From IMG/VR virus record IMGVR_UViG_3300012117_000001, positions 1-54,976 of that record: a stretch of 54,976 nt of DNA, one strand, 5' to 3'. This DNA comes from a virus. The position numbers and the translations under genes are program-made. This document shows, piece by piece, positions 1 through 9,053 of this stretch; the first letter of the stretch is position 1; each line of letters opens with the position of its first letter. The notes under the pieces are model-generated. The model did not search any database. It saw nothing but the letters and a program-made list of their open reading frames with translations, and was not told the DNA's origin.

Positions 1-113
1 ACATCGTTGTAGCTTATAAATTGGCGAAAATATCTCCCGTTTTGCCACCTGAATACATTAATTTCAATAACGTGCTTTCAGCCCTAAAGAAAATTTTGGT
101 TATGCCGACATCT
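1..113. repeat. Terminal direct repeat, left copy (exact duplicate of 54864..54976)
   Basis: The first 113 nt of the window recur base-for-base as the last 113 nt. The repeat is non-coding and AT-rich. Unique length is 54863 bp. Confidence 0.95.
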
Positions 114-128
114 AAAGAGTTAATAAAG

Positions 129-142
129 TTGGCACGTGCCAA
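129..142 (-). terminator. Putative terminator hairpin closing the late (tail) operon
   Basis: Perfect palindrome TTGGCACGTGCCAA lies 21 nt past the tail-fibre stop codon. On the minus strand it is followed by T-rich CTTTATTAACTCTTT. Confidence 0.4.
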
Positions 143-162
143 AGCGTGTGCCATCTTCAAAA

Positions 163-2046
163 TCAGTACAATTGAGGCCAGTTAGGTTTCGATTGAGTTA
201 AATCAACGTTACGCAATGAGCTGACATACTGTTTCAATCTTTCAAGCTCTTCGTCGTCACCTTCCAATGAAACTGAAAGATCATTGCAAGTCTGATACAT
301 GAGGATTAGGCCATTGACTTTTGACAGTTGTTTGCTGAGTTGCTGTCTGTTTCTTGCAAGGAGTAAGTCTCCATCTTGCTCAATCTCACCATCGGAGTAC
401 GTCCATGTTCCATCCATAGAACACCCATCCGGCAGATCATTAACAATGGCAATTGACATATTGATAGGCCAGATGTGTGGGGACACCTCATTAATCAACC
501 TGATTATCCCGGATGCTGTGTCATAACCTACTACCGTCCCGGATGCGAAGTACTTAGAAGCCTCATAGAAATCAAATCCTTCATCACTAACCAGATATAG
601 CGTGTTATCCCTATCTCTGACCTTTGGCGTATACAATTTAAAGTTTGAGAGTTCAGTAATGACTTCTGGGTACTCTTCAGATGTCTCGAGTTGCATGGAT
701 TGCGGAGGGGTCTCACCAAGCGCCATTGAGGTAAACCACTGCCCATTGATGCAGTACTGCATGGGACGTTGATAACCAAAACCGTCATCTGCGCCAAAAT
801 CACCGATTCCGCTAATTACACAACCAGCATCTGCATATGCGTCACCACTGTTTTTTGTAGCTGCATACTGAGCGCCTAAACCTGTTGCAGCAATAAATGT
901 TGCGTTAACCCAGTCTCTGGGAGCAATCCCAACAATGTCGCCTGTCGGCGTGTGCCGCATGTATGGGTTATTAACATCAGTAGCCACAAATCCCGCGGTA
1001 TCACATGTATCACGACTGATGGCGTTAATATCTTCTGCCGTTGGTTTATTTCCTGGGCTATATGAGATGTAACCATTTACACTGGTAATACCGGTTTCTA
1101 AATCAACCATAAATGGTCTGAGGTCGTTGTATGTCCCATATGCGTCATTTAAGTTTGTGAGCATAAGGTACAGGGTGTTAGCATCTTGACGCCAGAAACT
1201 GCCGTAAGTGTCATTAACAAAGCGGAAATTGTCCTGGAACGTTGACTGAATTTCAGAGTTTGTTTTAAGAACACCCACAAGTTCACCGCCAGCCACAGAA
1301 AGTACAGGAGTAAATTCCCCATCTTTCACCACTGAAGCAGTACCGTCCGAGCTAACTCCAAGGCCGTTACCATTTATAGTTAGAACAACACCAGTAGTCC
1401 CACTTTCAATTGCCCCCACACCTTCTGAATCCAACTCCAAAACACCACTACCCATCGTTACTGTCCCATCATACGTTCCTCCAGATATAGCAACTCCTCC
1501 CGCCTGTTCTGCTGTTGTGCCATGAGGGTTATCCATATCCTCGATATGTTCTTGACCAACTTCATTATACTGAGAAACCATACCATCGATTTCTTCACAC
1601 GAATAAGTGTCAACATCATGTGGTCCAAGTTCATGAGGATTGTCTATATCGTTTATATGGTCAGAGATTAAGTCACTTACTTCGTCAAACTGCACTCTAG
1701 ATATCTGAACAGAACTAGCATCCCATTCTTCAGTATTTGTACTTGGTGGCTTGGAAGTATCTGGATTGTCTACTTTTGATATATACACTTGACCATTAGT
1801 TTCATCCCAAGTTAATGCACCAAGTTTATAATTAATATCTGAACCCCATTCAAAGAATCCACGTTCACCCAATGCAAGAAGTGTTGTATCAAGTTTCCAT
1901 TGAAGGTAATTCAAAACTTCGTATGTTGGGATTTCTGCTTCCCAACCTTTCTGATATTTTGTATCGCCTGGGTCTGTTCTCACCTCACTATCCGAGGATG
2001 CCCAAATGCGATTTAATGTGGGTCTATCTACTACTGTATCTACCAT
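163..2046 (-). CDS. Distal tail fibre protein with C-terminal tail-fibre-assembly (Tfa)-like module
   Basis: Start moved to ATG 2046, which forms a TAATG stop/start overlap with the upstream gene; the 2151 start would run 105 nt into that gene. The product is 627 aa with DxDNPH fibre repeats near the N-terminus. The last ~60 aa (EELERLKQYVSSLRNVDLTQSKPNWPQ) resemble the C-terminus of lambda Tfa-type assembly proteins. Confidence 0.8.
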   Translation of the reverse strand: MVDTVVDRPTLNRIWASSDSEVRTDPGDTKYQKGWEAEIPTYEVLNYLQWKLDTTLLALGERGFFEWGSDINYKLGALTWDETNGQVYISKVDNPDTSKPPSTNTEEWDASSVQISRVQFDEVSDLISDHINDIDNPHELGPHDVDTYSCEEIDGMVSQYNEVGQEHIEDMDNPHGTTAEQAGGVAISGGTYDGTVTMGSGVLELDSEGVGAIESGTTGVVLTINGNGLGVSSDGTASVVKDGEFTPVLSVAGGELVGVLKTNSEIQSTFQDNFRFVNDTYGSFWRQDANTLYLMLTNLNDAYGTYNDLRPFMVDLETGITSVNGYISYSPGNKPTAEDINAISRDTCDTAGFVATDVNNPYMRHTPTGDIVGIAPRDWVNATFIAATGLGAQYAATKNSGDAYADAGCVISGIGDFGADDGFGYQRPMQYCINGQWFTSMALGETPPQSMQLETSEEYPEVITELSNFKLYTPKVRDRDNTLYLVSDEGFDFYEASKYFASGTVVGYDTASGIIRLINEVSPHIWPINMSIAIVNDLPDGCSMDGTWTYSDGEIEQDGDLLLARNRQQLSKQLSKVNGLILMYQTCNDLSVSLEGDDEELERLKQYVSSLRNVDLTQSKPNWPQLY

Positions 2047-2759
2047 TATATCCAACCAATAAAAGCGGAACCAATATTCAATCCACCATTGAAGCAAACA
2101 GTACCCGTGAAGACACCACCATCCTTTGGAAGAATATTTAATTGTTGGCATGTCACTTCATGCGGGTTATCCATATCTTGGACATGATGGTTAAAAGAAT
2201 CTTGGTTATCCGCAGAAAATAAATTATCAATATACTCTGTATTGTATCCACCGATATCCTCAATGTTATCTTCGTGAGGATTATCAGGCCCTTTTTGATT
2301 TATATGTGTTGTAACTTGAGTATCAATCGCATCTACGCTATCAGTGTATTGTTCTTTATTAAGGGAATAAGAACATTGCCAATACTCATTATCGCTATCT
2401 GTTGGTTCAGAGGCTGTGTTCCCCTTCTGGCAAATCCATAATGAAGTACCATGTACACAAACAGAGCCTAGCAAATATGGGACATCTTCAAACCAATCAA
2501 AAAGACCATTGGTGGCAATCTCACTGATTTTCACATCTGTGATTTGCTGCAAGAAGTTTTGCCATTGTTCAGGCTCCTTCTCTCCATCCTGCCAACCTAT
2601 TGATTTATACCTATTTTCAACATATAATGCATGGGTTATATCAGTGTCAGGGTCAGTTGCTTCGAATTCTGCGTCTGCATTTTCACCCCAGATATTCCCA
2701 AGTTTTTGCCTGTTTGTACCTATAGAAGTTAGAACAACGAACGGAATGAATCTTAACAT
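2046..2759 (-). CDS. Proximal tail fibre segment / baseplate-attachment protein
   Basis: 237 aa, stop/start coupled to the distal fibre. It carries the same DNPH repeats (PDNPHEDNIEDIGG, MDNPHEVTCQQL) and follows the baseplate genes. Confidence 0.6.
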   Translation of the reverse strand: MLRFIPFVVLTSIGTNRQKLGNIWGENADAEFEATDPDTDITHALYVENRYKSIGWQDGEKEPEQWQNFLQQITDVKISEIATNGLFDWFEDVPYLLGSVCVHGTSLWICQKGNTASEPTDSDNEYWQCSYSLNKEQYTDSVDAIDTQVTTHINQKGPDNPHEDNIEDIGGYNTEYIDNLFSADNQDSFNHHVQDMDNPHEVTCQQLNILPKDGGVFTGTVCFNGGLNIGSAFIGWI

Positions 2760-3388
2760 TAGGATACCAATGGGTAGTCTATGGAATTTATCTGGATAGC
2801 TATATCACCACCATCATCTTTAAGGGAGTATGAAACGCCAGCCACTTTAGTATCGTAGAGAACGTTAGCTAGTAAAGCCTTATCATATATATCTAGTGTA
2901 CCATGATACTTTAACTGCAAAGATGCATTTCCCTCTATTGTCTCTAGATCGAGGTCACGTCCAAGTAACAGGTCACAATACTCCAGGACATCTTCTATAC
3001 ATAGATTTCCCATTGTCTTGATAATCCTTGCACGTATTCGAGCACGCAACTGGGTATCAGTTAGAATTAAATCCCCAGATTCTTTATCATAACCACTCAT
3101 AAATCGTCCGACATTAATACCATAGGCTTGGGCATTATCATAATAGCCAAAATAGCCAATAGGATAAGCCCCGTAGATAGTTCTACTTGTGCCGACAATC
3201 GCTGCAATACAATCAAGTTGCTCACCGAATGCGAAATCCAACCATCGCCCTTTAATAATGGATTGGAATACCACTTCCAGTTCTTCTAGTTCCGAGAGGA
3301 ATATAGCTATGTAACTTATTAAATTCGGCGAGTTCCTGTATTGTGCTAAAAGTAAATTTAACCCATGTCTCTCATTCATCAGTAACAT
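2759..3388 (-). CDS. Baseplate wedge partner (P2 gpI / Mu gp48 position)
   Basis: 209 aa with a 17-nt overlap with the J-like gene. The order J, small partner, fibre matches P2 gpJ-gpI-gpH. Assignment is by position only. Confidence 0.5.
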   Translation of the reverse strand: MLLMNERHGLNLLLAQYRNSPNLISYIAIFLSELEELEVVFQSIIKGRWLDFAFGEQLDCIAAIVGTSRTIYGAYPIGYFGYYDNAQAYGINVGRFMSGYDKESGDLILTDTQLRARIRARIIKTMGNLCIEDVLEYCDLLLGRDLDLETIEGNASLQLKYHGTLDIYDKALLANVLYDTKVAGVSYSLKDDGGDIAIQINSIDYPLVS

Positions 3389-4529
3389 CCGTGATAGTAA
3401 TAAAAGTCTCTTCTGTGTATGGTTTATTAGTGATATCCATAGGCAGTGAGGAGGTTGCTTTCACATCTTTTGACAACCCAATTGTTAAACTTTCAACTTC
3501 AACCTGTGGTGAGATTAACGTAATAGGCGTGAAGAGTTTTGACCAGACAACAGTTGAGCCAGGTGGCAATGTATTTATATAACCCTCAAGTGCACTCTTG
3601 ATATTAGCAATGGTATCATTGCTACTACCTGATAGACGGTTGATGGTTACATCAATATAAACACTTGTATTTACTGGTCGAGAGAATCCAACACTGTGTG
3701 GGTAACCTTTACTATCATTCACGCTTATTGTAGTTGTACCGTAAGGTTTAATACCAGCAGGTTTGTTTTCATAAATTGTTTTGGCAATTTCTGTATCGCT
3801 ACCACCTATGACAACCACTTGAAATGAGTGCGCAGGCTGTGAACCAATAGGCGTATCATCGTCGTTATCCCTAATACGAACATACGATAACCCCATTGCA
3901 TACAAGGCTGAATAGATAGCTTCAATCGTGTTCGTACCAGTGACGATAGTAGACTTCTCGCGCCTTGCCCTGAGTTGCGGGTCTGATTCATATGTTATCC
4001 CTGTTAAACCTGCACCAGCATTGTTCACAGACGCCCAACCATCAATGGCCGTAATTATCTTCGTTACGCTATTGGATGGGATAGCCACTTCGCCAAGGGT
4101 TGTGCATATAGCGGTGGCAGTAGCTGGAAGAATCGCATCACTCTCTATTGAGAATTGGTATGTGCCGTCTGTTGTTGCAACAAGGCTACCGGCAGGGACT
4201 TTAAGACCTGAGTCACCAGCTAGTTGGCATGTAACCTTAGTGGGTGTATTTACGTACCGTACAACGCGATTTAGCTCAACGATGTTATCTAACCCAATAC
4301 CTTCTGTGGCGCCTGGTCGATATGCATTGTAGGAACCATGAGCTAACCCCCACAATTCAGAGATCTTATCGGAGATAATCCCTATAACCTGACCATCAGG
4401 ACTTTCTGGAGTTGTGTCAAAGGACTCGCCAAAAGTTGCTATAAATTTTGAATTTAAATCTGTGGTGATAACATCTAATGGTTTTCTAACGAATCCTTGC
4501 GATGTCACCCCGTATTTGGTTTCAGACAT
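3372..4529 (-). CDS. Baseplate J-like wedge protein
   Basis: 385 aa. Size and position between the gpW/gp46-like and gpI-like genes fit this family, and it overlaps both neighbours. Confidence 0.65.
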   Translation of the reverse strand: MSETKYGVTSQGFVRKPLDVITTDLNSKFIATFGESFDTTPESPDGQVIGIISDKISELWGLAHGSYNAYRPGATEGIGLDNIVELNRVVRYVNTPTKVTCQLAGDSGLKVPAGSLVATTDGTYQFSIESDAILPATATAICTTLGEVAIPSNSVTKIITAIDGWASVNNAGAGLTGITYESDPQLRARREKSTIVTGTNTIEAIYSALYAMGLSYVRIRDNDDDTPIGSQPAHSFQVVVIGGSDTEIAKTIYENKPAGIKPYGTTTISVNDSKGYPHSVGFSRPVNTSVYIDVTINRLSGSSNDTIANIKSALEGYINTLPPGSTVVWSKLFTPITLISPQVEVESLTIGLSKDVKATSSLPMDITNKPYTEETFITITDVTDE

Positions 4530-4878
4530 ATGTCATTGAATCCTCAATCTGACCATATGTGCTTTCTGCGACAAATGAGATACTTACTTTTCGTTTAGAG
4601 TAATCGGGTTGGACGTTAACCCTAATTACATATTGGACATTATTTGTCTTGGATATAACGTTAGCTACCGCAGCTTGAATATCCGCTACTTTGACTTGTT
4701 TACCTAATAGACCTTCAAACCAAGGCAGACCTAATGTCCTGTCTTGCTGCCATTCTCCTAGCAAAGTAAGCAAACGAGATTTCACATTTTGTGCTACAAA
4801 ATCTAAACCTCCAGTTCTTGTAGCACCACGGCCAATAATAATGTCCCAATTTGAATCTAACTTTAAATTGTTTGACAT
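4522..4878 (-). CDS. Small baseplate wedge protein (P2 gpW / Mu gp46 position)
   Basis: 118 aa with an 8-nt overlap with the J-like gene. Assignment is positional. Confidence 0.55.
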   Translation of the reverse strand: MSNNLKLDSNWDIIIGRGATRTGGLDFVAQNVKSRLLTLLGEWQQDRTLGLPWFEGLLGKQVKVADIQAAVANVISKTNNVQYVIRVNVQPDYSKRKVSISFVAESTYGQIEDSMTYV

Positions 4879-4942
4879 TGAACAATGAGTCTTAATGTTG
4901 ATGTTGGGTATATTTACCCAAATTTATTTCTAGGTACATTTA

Positions 4943-5479
4943 ATGAAAGCTTTAGAATTTTACGAGATATATGCAAAGCTCAAGTTGGCTCATTCTAAGG
5001 TAAACAAAGTCTTCAGTGACCTTAACCTAAGCATTAGTGATTTGAAATTTCTGAAGTCGCAAAATCGTCAGCTCAGAGAGAATAACCTTAGAATCTACAA
5101 TGACCTTGAAAATTTAAACTCAAAAAACACCAAACTGAAATATGAGTTAGATAGTTCGTTGAGGGCGCTTATACTTCATGAGAAATCAATTGAAGGTTTA
5201 AATAACAAAGTTAACGCAGGTCTGCATAACGAAAAATTCTTACTAAAACAAATAAAAATTCTAGAGCAAAAAGTCCAAAATTTAAGTGTACCGAAGGAGG
5301 CTCCACGGAGAATCCAGACAATCCAGACAAGTTGGCAATCAGCGCCTGCACGTAAGATGGGGCCTGCTGTCCCTTTGGGTATGGAAGGATTCCGTGAAGT
5401 ACCTTCAGGATATGATGAAGTAATGCAGAATCAGATAGAAGACATGGGGTTAGATTATGACCCTAGTGAATGGGACTAA
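4943..5479 (+). CDS. Coiled-coil protein of unknown function encoded antisense to the baseplate operon
   Basis: 178-aa ORF on the opposite strand. The N-terminal 120 aa are heptad-rich (LKFLKSQNRQLRENNLRIYNDLENLNSKNTKLKYELDSS). A weak AGGT lies 8 nt before the ATG. It sits 4 nt tail-to-tail with the spike gene. Confidence 0.6.
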   Translation: MKALEFYEIYAKLKLAHSKVNKVFSDLNLSISDLKFLKSQNRQLRENNLRIYNDLENLNSKNTKLKYELDSSLRALILHEKSIEGLNNKVNAGLHNEKFLLKQIKILEQKVQNLSVPKEAPRRIQTIQTSWQSAPARKMGPAVPLGMEGFREVPSGYDEVMQNQIEDMGLDYDPSEWD

Positions 5480-5483
5480 CCAC

Positions 5484-6275
5484 TCATTGAGGTGCAATTG
5501 GGGCTTGCGTATCACTGCTACCACCGCCATCTGTCCAATCATATGGGTGTTGGTGAGTTTCAATCTGAACACCGTTTATGGTTTGGGTGATCTCCATCTT
5601 TCCAGTGATGTTGAGTGAGGCTTCACCACTCCCACCTTTGGCATTAACCCCACCATTTAGGTTTGACTCACCCATAACTGTAAGTGACTTGGTTGCGGTC
5701 ACATCACCATCGAGCTTAATTGCCTCAGCTTTCACTGTAGCAGTGCTGGTTGTTGTTGCTGTGATGTCACCATCTTTGCTTATGCTAATGGATGTGCTCC
5801 CAGACTCGATGTTGATTGTCCCATCACCTTTCAATGAAATAACTTGGTTATGTTCTGCGTTCCGCAGTTCCATACCGTCTTCAGAGAAGTTGCTTATCGG
5901 TGATGTCACTGGGTTAATACCAATGACTGCTACAGCGTTATTATAAGAGTACCTCTGGCCAAATTCTGGAGCAGGCCTCCCTTGTAACATACCTGCTTTA
6001 TCCTTGCCTTCCATCAACCAGTGGTCAATCCCACGCTGGGCGAAATGGATGTAGCATGGAGTTCCATCCGGTACAGGACAAGTCATTGACCAGCCGCCCC
6101 CTCGGAAGAATTGCACAGGAACTTTTGATAGCCGGTGTTTAGTTGCTGTGGTATACCCTGACTCCAACCCAATGCACAGTGTTTCTATCGCAATCTGAAT
6201 TTCTGCTGTCTGATCTGTAGAATCAAAATTGTAGATGAACCCAGGGTATGAAGTATTTAAGTCTTCATTATCCAT
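5484..6275 (-). CDS. Baseplate central spike (P2 gpV / Mu gp45-like)
   Basis: 263 aa. It has Gly/Thr-rich beta-helix-like repeats (GDGTINIESGSTSISISKDGDITATTTSTATVKAEAIKLDGDVTA). A C-terminal HQHPY resembles the H-x-H metal-binding spike apex. Confidence 0.6.
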   Translation of the reverse strand: MDNEDLNTSYPGFIYNFDSTDQTAEIQIAIETLCIGLESGYTTATKHRLSKVPVQFFRGGGWSMTCPVPDGTPCYIHFAQRGIDHWLMEGKDKAGMLQGRPAPEFGQRYSYNNAVAVIGINPVTSPISNFSEDGMELRNAEHNQVISLKGDGTINIESGSTSISISKDGDITATTTSTATVKAEAIKLDGDVTATKSLTVMGESNLNGGVNAKGGSGEASLNITGKMEITQTINGVQIETHQHPYDWTDGGGSSDTQAPIAPQ

Positions 6276-6636
6276 TAACTGTCTCGTCGATCATGTATAA
6301 AACCATATTGTTATAGTCTTTCACCTCGCTACCCAGAGTGTTTACATCAAATGCATACAGGTTCTTTAATGGTGATTGTAGATATTGCTCCAGGATATTA
6401 ATACCTGATTTAATTGGGATGCCATAAATTGCTTTAGTCCCCCTATCCCATTTCATATCAAAGAAATAGCACTGTAGAATTTTATTAGCATACACTGGTG
6501 AGATGGTTATCTCTTCACTATTGTACGAGAACTTCACCCCACGAGATGTATTAAATGGGATTGTTTTTAAAATACCTAACTGAAGTTTACCCCCTAGTAG
6601 AATGTTCGTAAGGGTGTTTAAACTATCTGAATTCAT
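6268..6636 (-). CDS. Hypothetical baseplate-block protein
   Basis: 122 aa, overlapping both neighbours by 8 and 4 nt. No recognisable motif. Confidence 0.5.
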   Translation of the reverse strand: MNSDSLNTLTNILLGGKLQLGILKTIPFNTSRGVKFSYNSEEITISPVYANKILQCYFFDMKWDRGTKAIYGIPIKSGINILEQYLQSPLKNLYAFDVNTLGSEVKDYNNMVLYMIDETVNG

Positions 6637-7364
6637 CTAATCAGTCCTTCTAAGGCAAACAGTCCAACTGACATACCCAACTTAATGAACTTTGAATAAT
6701 CCGTTTCATTTTCCAATACTTTATTAACAGCCATATCAGTATTTGATGCTGAAGTAACTTGGAGTTCCTCCATCATAATTTCTGCTGCAAAGACTGTTGA
6801 AGTATCTTTATCCTGAATGGTCTCTATCCCTGTCACTACACAATTAGAGTAGGCACCAAGAATTGTATTTACATATAAACGAGTGCCCTCACTCATAAAT
6901 TGACTAAAGAGTTTGAAAGCACTTTGAACCCTATCTTCACTTTCGAACGCCGTTTGAACTAATGCCGCTGTGTTACCAATTAAACCTAATAGTGGTAAGT
7001 CTAAGACATCAGCAGCCGCAGTTATACCGCCAGCTAGGCTAGCCTCCCATAAGGTGTTGTTAATCATGTTGGATGCAACGACACGGAGTTTTAAGATTCG
7101 ATTTTGTATAATACGGTGGTCAGAGACAATGAAACCATTGGACATTGGAAACTTCGTTACAATACTTTGAGCAGTGTGCCCTTCACTTGGCACAGCATCA
7201 AACTTAAATAACATGAAATTTCTGTAACTAGCTTTAGGGTTAGCTGGGTCATTAATTACTGGGACGTCAACTGGTTGGGATTCACTATCAACATATTCTC
7301 CTGCTGTACTTGCGGCCTTCTCCCACAAAATAATTGAAGGTGCTAGACCATAATTAAAATTCAT
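6633..7364 (-). CDS. Hypothetical tail/baseplate protein
   Basis: 243 aa between the hub-like and spike genes. A structural role is inferred from position only. Confidence 0.5.
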   Translation of the reverse strand: MNFNYGLAPSIILWEKAASTAGEYVDSESQPVDVPVINDPANPKASYRNFMLFKFDAVPSEGHTAQSIVTKFPMSNGFIVSDHRIIQNRILKLRVVASNMINNTLWEASLAGGITAAADVLDLPLLGLIGNTAALVQTAFESEDRVQSAFKLFSQFMSEGTRLYVNTILGAYSNCVVTGIETIQDKDTSTVFAAEIMMEELQVTSASNTDMAVNKVLENETDYSKFIKLGMSVGLFALEGLIR

Positions 7365-7371
7365 CTACTGA

Positions 7372-8448
7372 TTAACTATCTCCGTATGCAGAGGCGCACC
7401 ACTCTCTCCAGTTTCTTTCTATCGCACCCATAGTTGTATCAACACCATAGTTGCCGGTGATATCAGTCTGGAAATTCTGGGCATGAGTGGAACCATGATG
7501 GACTAAACTCACTATTTGATATAGTGAAGACATACCATTAGCCATCACTGTATTATCAATATTTCCAGCATATCCAAGATTATAGGATATGTAATTCTGC
7601 GTGGTATCAACACCATCTGGTGATATCAACTTACTAACATCAATAAGCATCCCAGGCATTATTGTTGGATTTAAATTCATGGATAACTCAAGTATCGCAA
7701 TTCCTGCCACAGGATTTTCAATTACTTGACCTGGGGTTACAACTATAGGTTCCCGTTCTGTAGCAATCTCGTTAACGATATCAGCAGAAGCTATTGAGGA
7801 TGGGTAAAATTCAATGAAGGAAGGCTGTAGGCTAAAATTCATATTAAATTCAGCACATAACTTTTGCACCTCTTGTATGAATGTTCCATGAAATGCCCTT
7901 CCTCTAGAAAACTTATATGAAAGGAGGTCAGAACTTACTCCCGACGTCTTATACCCTAGACCGGCTTGGCTTGTTAAAAGCTTAATTGCATCTTCAAGAG
8001 TTGCACCTGCTTGAGCACCAATCGTTATATCTCCGAGAGATATCTGTGTTACTTGGCTTACCTGTTGCGGGACACAATATAAGTGCACTATATTTTCTGG
8101 CAACCGTTTGTAAGAAACTGCATTAGTGATAGAACCAACGAAAACAGTTAATGTTGCATCCTCTGAGTCATACATATAATCAGATATGCCTGAGCTATCT
8201 ACATAACCAACACTCAATTTTATATTTAAGGCACCATGTGTTTTTCTTTGTAGTGACTTTATTTCTTCACTGCTGAGATTATATAGAGTAATAGTTCCAT
8301 AATCCCCAGCCCACCCCATCACTGAGTGATATTCAAAGTCTATTCTGTGTGTGGGAGTATCTGGGGTATCGGTTGACTTGTAGCCAAATAGCATATGCAC
8401 AGAGTTATCATCTGAAGTAACCTCAACAGAAACTTTTCTTAACCACAT
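7372..8448 (-). CDS. Baseplate hub-like protein (P2 gpD / Mu gp44 position)
   Basis: 358 aa and the first large gene after the tape measure region. Positional inference. Confidence 0.45.
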   Translation of the reverse strand: MWLRKVSVEVTSDDNSVHMLFGYKSTDTPDTPTHRIDFEYHSVMGWAGDYGTITLYNLSSEEIKSLQRKTHGALNIKLSVGYVDSSGISDYMYDSEDATLTVFVGSITNAVSYKRLPENIVHLYCVPQQVSQVTQISLGDITIGAQAGATLEDAIKLLTSQAGLGYKTSGVSSDLLSYKFSRGRAFHGTFIQEVQKLCAEFNMNFSLQPSFIEFYPSSIASADIVNEIATEREPIVVTPGQVIENPVAGIAILELSMNLNPTIMPGMLIDVSKLISPDGVDTTQNYISYNLGYAGNIDNTVMANGMSSLYQIVSLVHHGSTHAQNFQTDITGNYGVDTTMGAIERNWREWCASAYGDS

Positions 8449-8501
8449 TTTATTCCCATTAAAGGCACAGCAAAGTGCCCTATTCTATATCTTGTTTATG
8501 C

Positions 8502-8666
8502 TTAATGGGTCAGTAGAAGAAACAGAAGACAAATTATTAGAACTGGAATTTGCCACCCCATCTGCCTTCTGAATGGGGATTTAGCCCAATGTTTCTTCCA
8601 AAGATCTTTGTGGGCTTTCTTATAAAGCCACACCTCAACTTCTGTCTCCTGCCAACTCTTTTTCAT
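8502..8666 (-). CDS. Small tail-anchored membrane protein (54 aa, below ORF-track cut-off)
   Basis: ATG 8666 is preceded by AAGGAG (8672-8677), which overlaps the stop of the upstream gene. The product is MKKSWQETEVEVWLYKKAHKDLWKKHWAKSPFRRQMGWQIPVLIICLLFLLLTH, with a basic N-terminus and a C-terminal hydrophobic helix. Confidence 0.6.
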   Translation of the reverse strand: MKKSWQETEVEVWLYKKAHKDLWKKHWAKSPFRRQMGWQIPVLIICLLFLLLTH

Positions 8667-8675
8667 TAGTTCTCC

Positions 8676-9035
8676 TTAGAATTTCGAAACCTTATAAACT
8701 AAGTTCTTAAGGTTTCCTTCAACTTTAATATCCTCTTCATCCACTTTTCCAAGGTAGTTTGGGGTTGATACTTTTATCCCACAAGTAACAAGCCCATCAT
8801 TTGTGAAAGTCACTAAATTATCTACTATGGTGTACGTGGAGTCCTTGTCAGGATGGTTCAGTTGGATATCTTTGGCATAGTAATTACATCGGTTAAATGC
8901 CTCTACACTCAGTAAATCACGCTGTGCTTGCCGGACTGCTTGAGCCTGCATGTCAGCATATTCATCTGAGTGATTAGCGACTGCAAAAGCAGCAGCACTT
9001 TGAAAGCAGAGCACGATAAATATTATGATTCTCAA
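8676..9035 (-). CDS. Secreted/periplasmic protein of unknown function
   Basis: 119 aa with a signal-like N-terminus MRIIIFIVLCFQSAAAFA followed by a polar domain. It is inserted between the tape measure and hub genes. Confidence 0.65.
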   Translation of the reverse strand: MRIIIFIVLCFQSAAAFAVANHSDEYADMQAQAVRQAQRDLLSVEAFNRCNYYAKDIQLNHPDKDSTYTIVDNLVTFTNDGLVTCGIKVSTPNYLGKVDEEDIKVEGNLKNLVYKVSKF

Positions 9036-9053
9036 TTAACTTACCTCAATCAT

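Noticed and set aside
2047-2151. N-terminal 35 codons of the listed 662-aa tail fibre ORF
   Set aside because: They overlap the upstream fibre gene by 105 nt and encode an implausible Trp/Cys/Tyr-rich peptide. ATG 2046 forms a classic TAATG stop/start junction instead.
163-2759. Diversity-generating retroelement acting on the tail fibres
   Set aside because: The window has no reverse transcriptase gene and I saw no template/variable repeat pair. The repeated DNPH segments are ordinary fibre protein repeats.
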